A DNA stretch of 64,000 nt from Auanema rhodensis. Its lineage: Eukaryota; Animalia; Nematoda. Shown here in pieces: positions 9,816 to 25,000 of this stretch (position 1 is its first letter; each line of letters opens with the position of its first letter). The stretch is taken from assembly GCA_964057225.1 (NCBI GenBank), contig OZ059894.1, positions 2,170,001 through 2,234,000 on the forward strand, written 5' to 3'. The position numbers and the translations under genes were made by a program. The notes beneath the pieces were generated by a model. That model ran no database searches and was not told the origin of the DNA. It saw nothing but the letters and a program-made list of their open reading frames with translations.

Positions 9816-12800
9816 CGACGCAGCTTGAAAATCCGCATCGAATGCACTATACTACTTTGAGAAACGCTTAATACAAAAATCAGTTATGATCGTTTGAAAA
9901 ATGATGCATTAGTGTATGTTGAGTTTCCATGTACACTCAACATTGCTTCCAAAAACATTTTGACAAAAATTTTTTCGAAAAATTTCAAAATAATTTAGCA
10001 AAAAGTAGATGTTTTTAGATTCCTTTTTTCAAGGCAAAGACGATGGACAATGTTATTCAACGAAAAAATTAATTCTTCAGGGTGAAAATCGAGGATATAT
10101 GTGTGAACTTATATCAGTTGATATCTCGGTGCATTTTTAAGCTAGCGCAAATCTGATAACACAGATCGACGCAGCTTAAAAATCCGCATCGAATGCACTA
10201 TACTACATTGAGAAACGCTTAATACAAAAATTAGTTATGATCGTTTGAAAAATGATGCATTAGTGTATGTTGAGTTTCCATGTACACTCAACATTGCTTC
10301 CAAAAACATTTTGACAAAAATTTTTTCGAAAAATTTCAAAATAATTTAGCAAAAAGTAGATGTTTTTAGATTCCTTTTTTCAAGGCAAAGACGATGGACA
10401 ATGTTATTCAACGAAAAAATTAATTCTTCAGGGTGAAAATCGAGGATATATGTGTGAACTTATATCAGTTGATATCTCGGTGCATTTTTAAGCTAGCGCA
10501 AATCTGATAACACAGATCGACGCAGCTTAAAAATCCGCATCGAATGCACTATACTACATTGAGAAACGCTTAATACAAAAATTAGTTATGATCGTTTGAA
10601 AAATGATGCATTAGTGTATGTTGAGTTTCCATGTACACTCAACATTGCTTCCAAAAACATTTTGACAGAAATTTTTTCGAAAAATTTCAAAATAATTTAG
10701 CAAAAAGTAGATGTTTTTAGATTCCTTTTTTCAAGGCAAAGACGATGGACAATGTTATTCAACGAAAAAATTAATTCTTCAGTGTGAAAATCGAGGATAT
10801 AAGTGTGAACTTATATCAGTTGATATCTCGGTGCATTTTTAAGCTAGCGCAAATCTGATAACACAGATCGACGCAGCTTGAAAATCCGCATCGAATGCAC
10901 TATACTACTTTGAGAAACGCTTAATACAAAAATCAGTTATGATCGTTTGAAAAATGATGCATTAGTGTATGTTGAGTTTCCATGTACACTCAACATTGCT
11001 TCCAAAAACATTTTGACAAAAATTTTTTCGAAAAATTTCAAAATAATTTAGCAAAAAGTAGATGTTTTTAGATTCCTTTTTTCAAGGCAAAGACGATGGA
11101 CAATGTTATTCAACGAAAAAATTAATTCTTCAGGGTGAAAATCGAGGATATATGTGTGAACTTATATCAGTTGATATCTCGGTGCATTTTTAAGCTAGCG
11201 CAAATCTGATAACACAGATCGACGCAGCTTAAAAATCCGCATCGAATGCACTATACTACATTGAGAAACGCTTAATACAAAAATTAGTTATGATCGTTTG
11301 AAAAATGATGCATTAGTGTATGTTGAGTTTCCATGTACACTCAACATTGCTTCCAAAAACATTTTGACAAAAATTTTTTCGAAAAATTTCAAAATAATTT
11401 AGCAAAAAGTAGATGTTTTTAGATTCCTTTTTTCAAGGCAAAGACGATGGACAATGTTATTCAACGAAAAAATTAATTCTTCAGGGTGAAAATCGAGGAT
11501 ATAAGTGTGAACTTATATCAGTTGATATCTCGGTGCATTTTTAAGCTAGCGCAAATCTGATAACACAGATCGACGCAGCTTAAAAATCCGCATCGAATGC
11601 ACTATACTACATTGAGGAACGCTTAATACAAAAATTAGTTATGATCGTTTGAAAAATGATGCATTAGTGTATGTTGAGTTTCCATGTACACTCAACATTG
11701 CTTCCAAACACATTTTGACAAAAATTTTTTCGAAAAATTTCAGAATAATTTAGCAAAAAGTAGATGTTTTTAGATTCCTTTTTTCAAGGCAAAGACGATT
11801 GACAATGTTATTCAACGAAAAAATTAATTCTTCAGGGTGAAAATCGAGGATATAAGTGTGAACTTATATCAGTTGATATCTCGGTGCATTTTTAAGCTAG
11901 CGCAAATCTGATAACACAGATCGACGCAGCTTAAAAATCCGCATCGAATGCACTATACTACATTGAGGAACGCTTAATACAAAAATTAGTTATGATTGTT
12001 TGAAAAATGATGCATTAGTGTATGTTGAGTTTCCATGTACACTCAACATTGCTTCCAAAAACATTTTGACAAAAATTTTTTCGAAAAATTTCAGAATAAT
12101 TTAGCAAAAAGTAGATGTTTTTAGATTCCTTTTTTCAAGGCAAAGACGATTGACAATGTTATTCAACGAAAAAATTAATTCTTCAGGGTGAAAATCGAGG
12201 ATATAAGTGTGAACTTATATCAGTTGATATCTCGGTGCATTTTTAAGCTAGCGCAAATCTGATAACACAGATCGACGCAGCTTAAAAATCCGCATCGAAT
12301 GCACTATACTACATTGAGGAACGCTTAATACAAAAATTAGTTATGATCGTTTGAAAAATGATGCATTAGTGTATGTTGAGTTTCCATGTACACTCAACAT
12401 TGCTTCCAAACACATTTTGACAAAAATTTTTTCGAAAAATTTCAGAATAATTTAGCAAAAAGTAGATGTTTTTAGATTCCTTTTTTCAAGGCAAAGACGA
12501 TGGACAATGTTATTCAACGAAAAAATTAATTCTTCAGTGTGAAAATCGAGGATATAAGTGTGAACTTATATCAGTTGATATCTCGGTGCATTTTTAAGCT
12601 AGCGCAAATCTGATAACACAGATCGACGCAGCTTGAAAATCCGCATCGAATGCACTATACTACTTTGAGAAACGCTTAATACAAAAATCAGTTATGATCG
12701 TTTGAAAAATGATGCATTAGTGTATGTTGAGTTTCCATGTACACTCAACATTGCTTCCAAAAACATTTTGACAAAAATTTTTTCGAAAAATTTCAAAATA

Positions 12801-15800
12801 ATTTAGCAAAAAGTAGATGTTTTTAGATTCCTTTTTTCAAGGCAAAGACGATGGACAATGTTATTCAACGAAAAAATTAATTCTTCAGGGTGAAAATCGA
12901 GGATATATGTGTGAACTTATATCAGTTGATATCTCGGTGCATTTTTAAGCTAGCGCAAATCTGATAACACAGATCGACGCAGCTTAAAAATCCGCATCGA
13001 ATGCACTATACTACATTGAGAAACGCTTAATACAAAAATTAGTTATGATCGTTTGAAAAATGATGCATTAGTGTATGTTGAGTTTCCATGTACACTCAAC
13101 ATTGCTTCCAAAAACATTTTGACAAAAATTTTTTCGAAAAATTTCAAAATAATTTAGCAAAAAGTAGATGTTTTTAGATTCCTTTTTTCAAGGCAAAGAC
13201 GATGGACAATGTTATTCAACGAAAAAATTAATTCTTCAGGGTGAAAATCGAGGATATAAGTGTGAACTTATATCAGTTGATATCTCGGTGCATTTTTAAG
13301 CTAGCGCAAATCTGATAACACAGATCGACGCAGCTTAAAAATCCGCATCGAATGCACTATACTACATTGAGGAACGCTTAATACAAAAATTAGTTATGAT
13401 CGTTTGAAAAATGATGCATTAGTGTATGTTGAGTTTCCATGTACACTCAACATTGCTTCCAAAAACATTTTGACAAAAATTTTTTCGAAAAATTTCAAAA
13501 TAATTTAGCAAAAAGTAGATGTTTTTAGATTCCTTTTTTCAAGGCAAAGACGATTGACAATGTTATTCAACGAAAAAAATAATTTTTCAGGGTGAAAATC
13601 GAGGATATAAGTGTGAACTTATATCAGTTGATATCTCGGTGCATTTTTAAGCTAGCGCGAATCTGATAACACAGATCGACGCAGCTTAAAAATCCGCATC
13701 GAAAGCACTATACTACATTGAGGAACGCTTAATACAAAAATCAGTTATGATCGTTTGAAAAATGATGCATTAGTGTATGTTGAGTTTCCATGTACACTCA
13801 ACATTGCTTCCAAAAACATTTTGACAAAAATTTTTTCGAAAAATTTCAAAATAATTTAGCAAAAAGTAGATGTTTTTAGATTCCTTTTTTCAAGGCAAAG
13901 ACGATGGACAATGTTATTCAACGAAAAAATTAATTCTTCAGGGTGAAAATCGAGGATATATGTGTGAACTTATATCAGTTGATATCTCGGTGCATTTTTA
14001 AGCTAGCGCAAATCTGATAACACAGATCGACGCAGCTTAAAAATCCGCATCGAATGCACTATACTACATTGAGAAACGCTTAATACAAAAATTAGTTATG
14101 ATCGTTTGAAAAATGATGCATTAGTGTATGTTGAGTTTCCATGTACACTCAACATTGCTTCCAAAAACATTTTGACAAAAATTTTTTCGAAAAATTTCAA
14201 AATAATTTAGCAAAAAGTAGATGTTTTTAGATTCCTTTTTTCAAGGCAAAGACGATGGACAATGTTATTCAACGAAAAAATTAATTCTTCAGGGTGAAAA
14301 TCGAGGATATAAGTGTGAACTTATATCAGTTGATATCTCGGTGCATTTTTAAGCTAGCGCAAATCTGATAACACAGATCGACGCAGCTTAAAAATCCGCA
14401 TCGAATGCACTATACTACATTGAGGAACGCTTAATACAAAAATTAGTTATGATCGTTTGAAAAATGATGCATTAGTGTATGTTGAGTTTCCATGTACACT
14501 CAACATTGCTTCCAAAAACATTTTGACAAAAATTTTTTCGAAAAATTTCAAAATAATTTAGCAAAAAGTAGATGTTTTTAGATTCCTTTTTTCAAGGCAA
14601 AGACGATTGACAATGTTATTCAACGAAAAAATTAATTTTTCAGGGTGAAAATCGAGGATATAAGTGTGAACTTATATCAGTTGATATCTCGGTGCATTTT
14701 TAAGCTAGCGCAAATCTGATAACACAGATCGACGCAGCTTAAAAATCCGCATCGAATGCACTATACTACATTGAGGAACGCTTAATACAAAAATTAGTTA
14801 TGATTGTTTGAAAAATGATGCATTAGTGTATGTTGAGTTTCCATGTACACTCAACATTGCTTCCAAAAACATTTTGACAAAAATTTTTTCGAAAAATTTC
14901 AAAATAATTTAGCAAAAAGTAGATGTTTTTAGATTCCTTTTTTCAAGGCGAAGACGATGGACAATGTTATTCAACGAAAAAATTAATTCTTCAGTGTGAA
15001 AATCGAGGATATAAGTGTGAACTTATATCAGTTGATATCTCGGTGCATTTTTAAGCTAGCGCAAATCTGATAACACAGATCGACGCAGCTTGAAAATCCG
15101 CATCGAATGCACTATACTACTTTGAGAAACGCTTAATACAAAAATCAGTTATGATCGTTTGAAAAATGATGCATTAGTGTATGTTGAGTTTCCATGTACA
15201 CTCAACATTGCTTCCAAAAACATTTTGACAAAAATTTTTTCGAAAAATTTCAAAATAATTTAGCAAAAAGTAGATGTTTTTAGATTCCTTTTTTCAAGGC
15301 AAAGACGATGGACAATGTTATTCAACGAAAAAATTAATTCTTCAGGGTGAAAATCGAGGATATATGTGTGAACTTATATCAGTTGATATCTCGGTGCATT
15401 TTTAAGCTAGCGCAAATCTGATAACACAGATCGACGCAGCTTAAAAATCCGCATCGAATGCACTATACTACATTAAGAAACGCTTAATACAAAAATTAGT
15501 TATGATCGTTTGAAAAATGATGCATTAGTGTATGTTGAGTTTCCATGTACACTCAACATTGCTTCCAAAAACATTTTGACAAAAATTTTTTCGAAAAATT
15601 TCAAAATAATTTAGCAAAAAGTAGATGTTTTTAGATTCCTTTTTTCAAGGCAAAGACGATGGACAATGTTATTCAACGAAAAAATTAATTCTTCAGGGTG
15701 AAAATCGAGGATATAAGTGCGAACTTATATCAGTTGATATCTCGGTGCATTTTTAAGCTAGCGCAAATCTGATAACACAGATCGACGCAGCTTAAAAATC

Positions 15801-18800
15801 CGCATCGAATGCACTATACTACATTGAGGAACGCTTAATACAAAAATTAGTTATGATCGTTTGAAAAATGATGCATTAGTGTATGTTGAGTTTCCATGTA
15901 CACTCAACATTGCTTCCAAAAACATTTTGACAAAAATTTTTTCGAAAAATTTCAAAATAATTTAGCAAAAAGTAAATGTTTTTAGATTCCTTTTTTCAAA
16001 CAAAGACGATTGACAATGTTATTCAACGAAAAAATTAATTCTTCAGGGTGAAAATCGAGGATATAAGTGTGAACTTATATCAGTTGATATCTCGGTGCAT
16101 TTTTAAGCTAGCGCGAATCTGATAACACAGATCGACGCAGCTTAAAAATCCGCATCGAAAGCACTATACTACATTGAGGAACGCTTAATACAAAAATTAG
16201 TTATGATTGTTTGAAAAATGATGCATTAGTGTATGTTGAGTTTCCATGTACACTCAACATTGCTTCCAAAAACATTTTGACAAAAATTTTTTCGAAAAAT
16301 TTCAAAATAATTTAGCAAAAAGTAGATGTTTTTAGATTCCTTTTTTCAAGGCAAAGACGATGGACAATGTTATTCAACGAAAAAATTAATTCTTCAGGGT
16401 GAAAATCGAGGATATAAGTGTGAACTTATATCAGTTGATATCTCGGTGCATTTTTAAGCTAGCGCTAATCTGATAACACAGATCGACGCAGCTTAAAAAT
16501 CCGCATCGAATGCACTATACTACATTGAGAAACGCTTAATACAAAAATTAGTTATGATCGTTTGAAAAATGATGCATTAGTGTATGTTGAGTTTCCATGT
16601 ACACTCAACATTGCTTCCAAAAACATTTTGACAAAAATTTTTTCGAAAAATTTCAAAATAATTTAGCAAAAAGTAGATGTTTTTAGATTCCTTTTTTCAA
16701 GGCAAAGACGATGGACAATGTTATTCAACGAAAAAATTAATTCTTCAGGGTGAAAATCGAGGATATAAGTGTGAACTTATATCAGTTGATATCTCGGTGC
16801 ATTTTTAAGCTAGCGCAAATCTGATAACACAGATCGACGCAGCTTGAAAATCCGCATCGAATGCACTATACTACATTGAGGAACGCTTAATACAAAAATT
16901 AGTTATGATCGTTTGAAAAATAATGCATTAGTGTATGTTGAGTTTCCATGTACACTCAACATAGCTTCCAAAAACATTTTGACAAAAATTTTTTCGAAAA
17001 ATTTCAAAATAATTTAGCAAAAAGTAGATGTTTTTAGATTCCTTTTTCCAAGGCAAAGACGATGGACAATGTTATTCAACGAAAAAATTAATTCTTCAGG
17101 GTGAAAATCGAGGATATAAGTGTGAACTTATATCAGTTGATATCTCGGTGCATTTTTAAGCTAGCGCAAATCTGATAACACAGATGGACGCAGCTTGAAA
17201 ATCCGCATCGAATGCACTATACTACATTGAGAAACGCTTAATACAAAAATTAGTTATGATCGTTTGAAAAATGATGCATTAGTGTATGTTGAGTTTCCAT
17301 GTACACTCAACATTGCTTCCAAAAACATTTTGACAAAAATTTTTTCGAAAAATTTCAAAATAATTTAGCAAAAAGTAGATGTTTTTAGATTCCTTTTTTC
17401 AAGGCAAAGACGATGGACAATGTTATTCAACGAAAAAATTAATTCTTCAGGGTGAAAATCGAGGATATATGTGTGAACTTATATCAGTTGATATCTCGGT
17501 GCATTTTTAAGCTAGCGCAAATCTGATAACACAGATCGACGCAGCTTAAAAATCCGCATCGAATGCACTATACTACATTGAGAAACGCTTAATACAAAAA
17601 TTAGTTATGATCGTTTGAAAAATGATGCATTAGTGTATGTTGAGTTTCCATGTACACTCAACATTGCTTCCAAAAACATTTTGACAAAAATTTTTTCGAA
17701 AAATTTCAAAATAATTTAGCAAAAAGTAGATGTTTTTAGATTCCTTTTTTCAAGGCAAAGACGATGGACAATGTTATTCAACGAAAAAATTAATTCTTCA
17801 GGGTGAAAATCGAGGATATAAGTGTGAACTTATATCAGTTGATATCTCGGTGCATTTTTAAGCTAGCGCAAATCTGATAACACAGATCGACGCAGCTTAA
17901 AAATCCGCATCGAATGCACTATATTACATTGAGGAACGCTTAATACAAAAATTAGTTATGATCGTTTGAAAAATGATGCATTAGTGTATGTTGAGTTTCC
18001 ATGTACACTCAACATTGCTTCCAAAAACATTTTGACAAAAATTTTTTCGAAAAATTTCAAAATAATTTAGCAAAAAGTAGATGTTTTTAGATTCCTTTTT
18101 CCAAGGCAAAGACGATTGACAATGTTATTCAACGAAAAAATTAATTCTTCAGGGTGAAAATCGAGGATATAAGTGTGAACTTATATCAGTTGATATCTCG
18201 GTGCATTTTTAAGCTAGCGCAAATCTGATAACACAGATCGACGCAGCTTGAAAATCCGCATCGAATGCACTATACTACATTGAGGAACGCTTAATACAAA
18301 AATTAGTTATGATCGTTTGAAAAATAACGCATTAGTGTATGTTGAGTTTCCATGTACACTCAACATAGCTTCCAAAAACATTTTGACAAAAATTTTTTCG
18401 AAAAATTTCAAAATAATTTAGCAAAAAGTAGATGTTTTTAGATTCCTTTTTCCAAGGCAAAGACGATGGACAATGTTATTCAACGAAAAAATTAATTCTT
18501 CAGGGTGAAAATCGAGGATATAAGTGTGAACTTATATCAGTTGATATCTCGGTGCATTTTTAAGCTAGCGCAAATCTGATAACACAGATGGACGCAGCTT
18601 GAAAATCCGCATCGAATGCACTATACTACATTGAGAAACGCTTAATACAAAAATTAGTTATGATCGTTTGAAAAATGATGCATTAGTGTATGTTGAGTTT
18701 CCATGTACACTCAACATTGCTTCCAAAAACATTTTGACAAAAATTTTTTCGAAAAATTTCAAAATAATTTAGCAAAAAGTAGATGTTTTTAGATTCCTTT

Positions 18801-19291
18801 TTTCAAGGCAAAGACGATGGACAATGTTATTCAACGAAAAAATTAATTCTTCAGGGTGAAAATCGAGGATATAAGTGTGAACTTATATCAGTTGATATCT
18901 CGGTGCATTTTTAAGCTAGCGCAAATCTGATAACACAGATCGACGCAGCTTAAAAATCCGCATCGAATGCACTATACTACATTGAGGAACGCTTAATACA
19001 AAAATTAGTTATGATTGTTTGAAAAATGATGCATTAGTGTATGTTGAGTTTCCATGTACACTCAACATTGCTTCCAAAAACATTTTGACAAAAATTTTTT
19101 CGAAAAATTTCAAAATAATTTAGCAAAAAGTAGATGTTTTTAGATTCCTTTTTTCAAGGCAAAGACGATGGACAATGTTATTCAACGAAAAAATTAATTC
19201 TTCAGGGTGAAAATCGAGGATATAAGTGTGAACTTATATCAGTTGATATCTCGGTGCATTTTTAAGCTAGCGCAAATCTGATAACACAGAT

Positions 19292-22099
19292 CGACGCAGC
19301 TTAAAAATCCGCATCGAATGCACTATACTACATTAAGGAACGCTTAATACAAAAATTAGTTATGATCGTTTGAAAAATAATGCATTAGTGTATGTTGAGT
19401 TTCCATGTACACTCAACATAGCTTCCAAAAACATTTTGACAAAAATTTTTTCGAAAAATTTCAGAATAATTTAGCAAAAAGTAGATGTTTTTAGATTTCT
19501 TTTCTCAAGGCAAAGACGATGGACAATGTTATTCAACGAAAAAATTAATTCTTCAGGGTGAAAATCGAGGATATAAGTGTGAACTTATATCAGTTGATAT
19601 CTCGGTGCATTTTTAAGCTAGCGCAAATCTGATAACACAGATCGACGCAGCTTGAAAATCCGCATCGAATGCACTATACTACTTTGAGAAACGCTTAATA
19701 CAAAAATTAGTTATGATCGTTTGAAAAATGATGCATTAGTGTATGTTGAGTTTCCATGTACACTCAACATTGCTTCCAAAAACATTTTGACAAAAATTTT
19801 TTCGAAAAATTTCAAATTAATTTAGCAGAAAGTATATGTTTTTAGATTCCTTTTTTCAAGGCAAAGACGATGGACAATGTTATTCAACGAAAAAATTAAT
19901 TCTTCAGGGTGAAAATCGAGGATATAAGTGTGAACTTATATCAGTTGATATCTCGGTGCATTTTTAAGCTAGCGCAAATCTGATAACACAGATCGACGCA
20001 GCTTGAAAATTCGCATCGAATGCACTATACTACATTGAGAAACGCTCAATACAAAAATTAGTTATGATTGTTTGAAAAATGATGCATTAGTGTATGTTGA
20101 GTTTCCATGTACACTCAACATTGCTTCCAAAAACATTTTGACAAAAATTTTTTCGAAAAATTTCAAAATAATTTAGCAAAAAGTAGATGTTTTTAGATTC
20201 CTTTTTTCAAGGCAAAGACGATGGACAATGTTATTCAACGAAAAAATTAATTCTTCAGGGTGAAAATCGAGGATATAAGTGTGAACTTATATCAGTTGAT
20301 ATCTCGGTGCATTTTTAAGCTAGCGCAAATCTGATAACACAGATCGACGCAGCTTGAAAATTCGCATCGAATGCACTATACTACATTGAGAAACGCTCAA
20401 TACAAAAATTAGTTATGATTGTTTGAAAAATGATGCATTAGTGTATGTTGAGTTTCCATGTACGCTCAACATTGCTTCCAAAAACATTTTGACAAAAATT
20501 TTTTCGAAAAATTTCAGAATAATTTAGCAAAAAGTAGATGTTTTTAGATTTCTTTTCTCAAGGCAAAGACGATGGACAATGTTATTCAACGAAAAAATTA
20601 ATTCTTCAGGGTGAAAATCGAGGATATAAGTGTGAACTTATATCAGTTGATATCTCGGTGCATTTTTAAGCTAGCGCAAATCTGATAACACAGATCGACG
20701 CAGCTTAAAAATCCGCATCGAATGCACTATACTACATTAAGGAACGCTTAATACAAAAATTAGTTATGATCGTTTGAAAAATAATGCATTAGTGTATGTT
20801 GAGTTTCCATGTACACTCAACATAGCTTCCAAAAACATTTTGACAAAAATTTTTTCGAAAAATTTCAGAATAATTTAGCAAAAAGTAGATGTTTTTAGAT
20901 TTCTTTTCTCAAGGCAAAGACGATGGACAATGTTATTCAACGAAAAAATTAATTCTTCAGGGTGAAAATCGAGGATATAAGTGTGAACTTATATCAGTTG
21001 ATATCTCGGTGCATTTTTAAGCTAGCGCAAATCTGATAACACAGATCGACGCAGCTTGAAAATCCGCATCGAATGCACTATACTACTTTGAGAAACGCTT
21101 AATACAAAAATTAGTTATGATCGTTTGAAAAATGATGCATTAGTGTATGTTGAGTTTCCATGTACACTCAACATTGCTTCCAAAAACATTTTGACAAAAA
21201 TTTTTTCGAAAAATTTCAAATTAATTTAGCAGAAAGTATATGTTTTTAGATTCCTTTTTTCAAGGCAAAGACGATGGACAATGTTATTCAACGAAAAAAT
21301 TAATTCTTCAGGGTGAAAATCGAGGATATAAGTGTGAACTTATATCAGTTGATATCTCGGTGCATTTTTAAGCTAGCGCAAATCTGATAACACAGATCGA
21401 CGCAGCTTGAAAATTCGCATCGAATGCACTATACTACATTGAGAAACGCTCAATACAAAAATTAGTTATGATTGTTTGAAAAATGATGCATTAGTGTATG
21501 TTGAGTTTCCATGTACACTCAACATTGCTTCCAAAAACATTTTGACAAAAATTTTTTCGAAAAATTTCAAAATAATTTAGCAAAAAGTAGATGTTTTTAG
21601 ATTCCTTTTTTCAAGGCAAAGACGATGGACAATGTTATTCAACGAAAAAATTAATTCTTCAGGGTGAAAATCGAGGATATAAGTGTGAACTTATATCAGT
21701 TGATATCTCGGTGCATTTTTAAGCTAGCGCAAATCTGATAACACAGATCGACGCAGCTTGAAAATTCGCATCGAATGCACTATACTACATTGAGAAACGC
21801 TCAATACAAAAATTAGTTATGATTGTTTGAAAAATGATGCATTAGTGTATGTTGAGTTTCCATGTACGCTCAACATTGCTTCCAAAAACATTTTGACAAA
21901 AATTTTTTCGAAAAATTTCAGAATAATTTAGCAAAAAGTAGATGTTTTTAGATTTCTTTTCTCAAGGCAAAGACGATGGACAATGTTATTCAACGAAAAA
22001 ATTAATTCTTCAGGGTGAAAATCGAGGATATAAGTGTGAACTTATATCAGTTGATATCTCGGTGCATTTTTAAGCTAGCGCAAATCTGATAACACAGAT
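19292..22099 (+). repeat. 4-mer higher-order repeat (1404 bp) x2
   Basis: The variants CATTAAGG, CAAATTAA+GCAGAAAGTATA and AAATTCGC+GCTCAAT (two monomers) repeat at +1404. Confidence 0.9.
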
Positions 22100-25000
22100 C
22101 GACGCAGCTTGAAAATCCGCATCGAATGCACTATACTACATTGAGGAACGCTTAATACAAAAATTAGTTATGATCGTTTGAAAAATAATGCATTAGTGTA
22201 TGTTGAGTTTCCATGTACACTCAACATAGCTTCCAAAAACATTTTGACAAAAATTTTTTCGAAAAATTTCAAAATAATTTAGCAAAAAGTAGATGTTTTT
22301 AGATTCCTTTTTCCAAGGCAAAGACGATGGACAATGTTATTCAACGAAAAAATTAATTCTTCAGGGTGAAAATCGAGGATATAAGTGTGAACTTATATCA
22401 GTTGATATCTCGGTGCATTTTTAAGCTAGCGCAAATCTGATAACACAGATGGACGCAGCTTGAAAATCCGCATCGAATGCACTATACTACATTGAGAAAC
22501 GCTTAATACAAAAATTAGTTATGATCGTTTGAAAAATAATGCATTAGTGTATGTTGAGTTTCCATGTACACTCAACATTGCTTCCAAAAACATTTTGACA
22601 AAAATTTTTTCGAAAAATTTCAAAATAATTTAGCAAAAAGTAGATGTTTTTAGATTCCTTTTTTCAAGGCAAAGACGATTGACAATGTTATTCAACGAAA
22701 AAATTAATTCTTCAGGGTGAAAATCGAGGATATAAGTGTGAACTTATATCAGTTGATATCTCGGTGCATTTTTAAGCTAGCGCAAATCTGATAACACAGA
22801 TCGACGCAGCTTAAAAATCCGCATCGAATGCACTATACTACATTGAGGAACGCTTAATACAAAAATTAGTTATGATTGTTTGAAAAATGATGCATTAGTG
22901 TATGTTGAGTTTCCATGTACACTCAACATTGCTTCCAAAAACATTTTGACAAAAATTTTTTCGAAAAATTTCAAAATAATTTAGCAAAAAGTAGATGTTT
23001 TTAGATTCCTTTTTTCAAGGCAAAGACGATTGACAATGTTATTCAACGAAAAAATTAATTCTTCAGGGTGAAAATCGAGGATATAAGTGTGAACTTATAT
23101 CAGTTGATATCTCGGTGCATTTTTAAGCTAGCGCAAATCTGATAACACAGATCGACGCAGCTTAAAAATCCGCATCGAATGCACTATACTACATTGAGGA
23201 ACGCTTAATACAAAAATTAGTTATGATTGTTTGAAAAATGATGCATTAGTGTATGTTGAGTTTCCATGTACACTCAACATTGCTTCCAAAAACATTTTGA
23301 CAAAAATTTTTTCGAAAAATTTCAAAATAATTTAGCAGAAAGTAGATGTTTTTAGATTCCTTTTTTCAAGGCAAAGACGATGGACAATGTTATTCAACGA
23401 AAAAATTAATTCTTCAGGGTGAAAATCGAGGATATAAGTGTGAACTTATATCAGTTGATATCTCGGTGCATTTTTAAGCTAGCGCAAATCTGATAACACA
23501 GATCGACGCAGCTTGAAAATTCGCATCGAATGCACTATACTACATTGAGAAACGCTCAATACAAAAATTAGTTATGATTGTTTGAAAAATGATGCATTAG
23601 TGTATGTTGAGTTTCCATGTACGCTCAACATTGCTTCCAAAAACATTTTGACAAAAATTTTTTCGAAAAATTTCAAAATAATTTAGCAAAAAGTAGATGT
23701 TTTTAGATTCTATTTTTCAAGGCAAAGACGATGGACAATGTTATTCAACGAAAAAATTAATTCTTCAGGGTGAAAATCGAGGATATAAGTGTGAACTTAT
23801 ATCAGTTGATATCTCGGTGCATTTTTAAGCTAGCGCAAATCTGATAACACAGATCGACGCAGCTTGAAAATCCGCATCGAATGCACTATACTACATTGAG
23901 GAACGCTTAATACAAAAATTAGTTATGATCGTTTGAAAAATAATGCATTAGTGTATGTTGAGTTTCCATGTACACTCAACATAGCTTCCAAAAACATTTT
24001 GACAAAAATTTTTTCGAAAAATTTCAAAATAATTTAGCAAAAAGTAGATGTTTTTAGATTCCTTTTTCCAAGGCAAAGACGATGGACAATGTTATTCAAC
24101 GAAAAAATTAATTCTTCAGGGTGAAAATCGAGGATATAAGTGTGAACTTATATCAGTTGATATCTCGGTGCATTTTTAAGCTAGCGCAAATCTGATAACA
24201 CAGATGGACGCAGCTTGAAAATCCGCATCGAATGCACTATACTACATTGAGAAACGCTTAATACAAAAATTAGTTATGATCGTTTGAAAAATAATGCATT
24301 AGTGTATGTTGAGTTTCCATGTACACTCAACATTGCTTCCAAAAACATTTTGACAAAAATTTTTTCGAAAAATTTCAAAATAATTTAGCAAAAAGTAGAT
24401 GTTTTTAGATTCCTTTTTTCAAGGCAAAGACGATTGACAATGTTATTCAACGAAAAAATTAATTCTTCAGGGTGAAAATCGAGGATATAAGTGTGAACTT
24501 ATATCAGTTGATATCTCGGTGCATTTTTAAGCTAGCGCAAATCTGATAACACAGATCGACGCAGCTTAAAAATCCGCATCGAATGCACTATACTACATTG
24601 AGGAACGCTTAATACAAAAATTAGTTATGATTGTTTGAAAAATGATGCATTAGTGTATGTTGAGTTTCCATGTACACTCAACATTGCTTCCAAAAACATT
24701 TTGACAAAAATTTTTTCGAAAAATTTCAAAATAATTTAGCAGAAAGTAGATGTTTTTAGATTCCTTTTTTCAAGGCAAAGACGATGGACAATGTTATTCA
24801 ACGAAAAAATTAATTCTTCAGGGTGAAAATCGAGGATATAAGTGTGAACTTATATCAGTTGATATCTCGGTGCATTTTTAAGCTAGCGCAAATCTGATAA
24901 CACAGATCGACGCAGCTTAAAAATCCGCATCGAATGCACTATACTACATTGAGGAACGCTTAATACAAAAATTAGTTATGATCGTTTGAAAAATAATGCA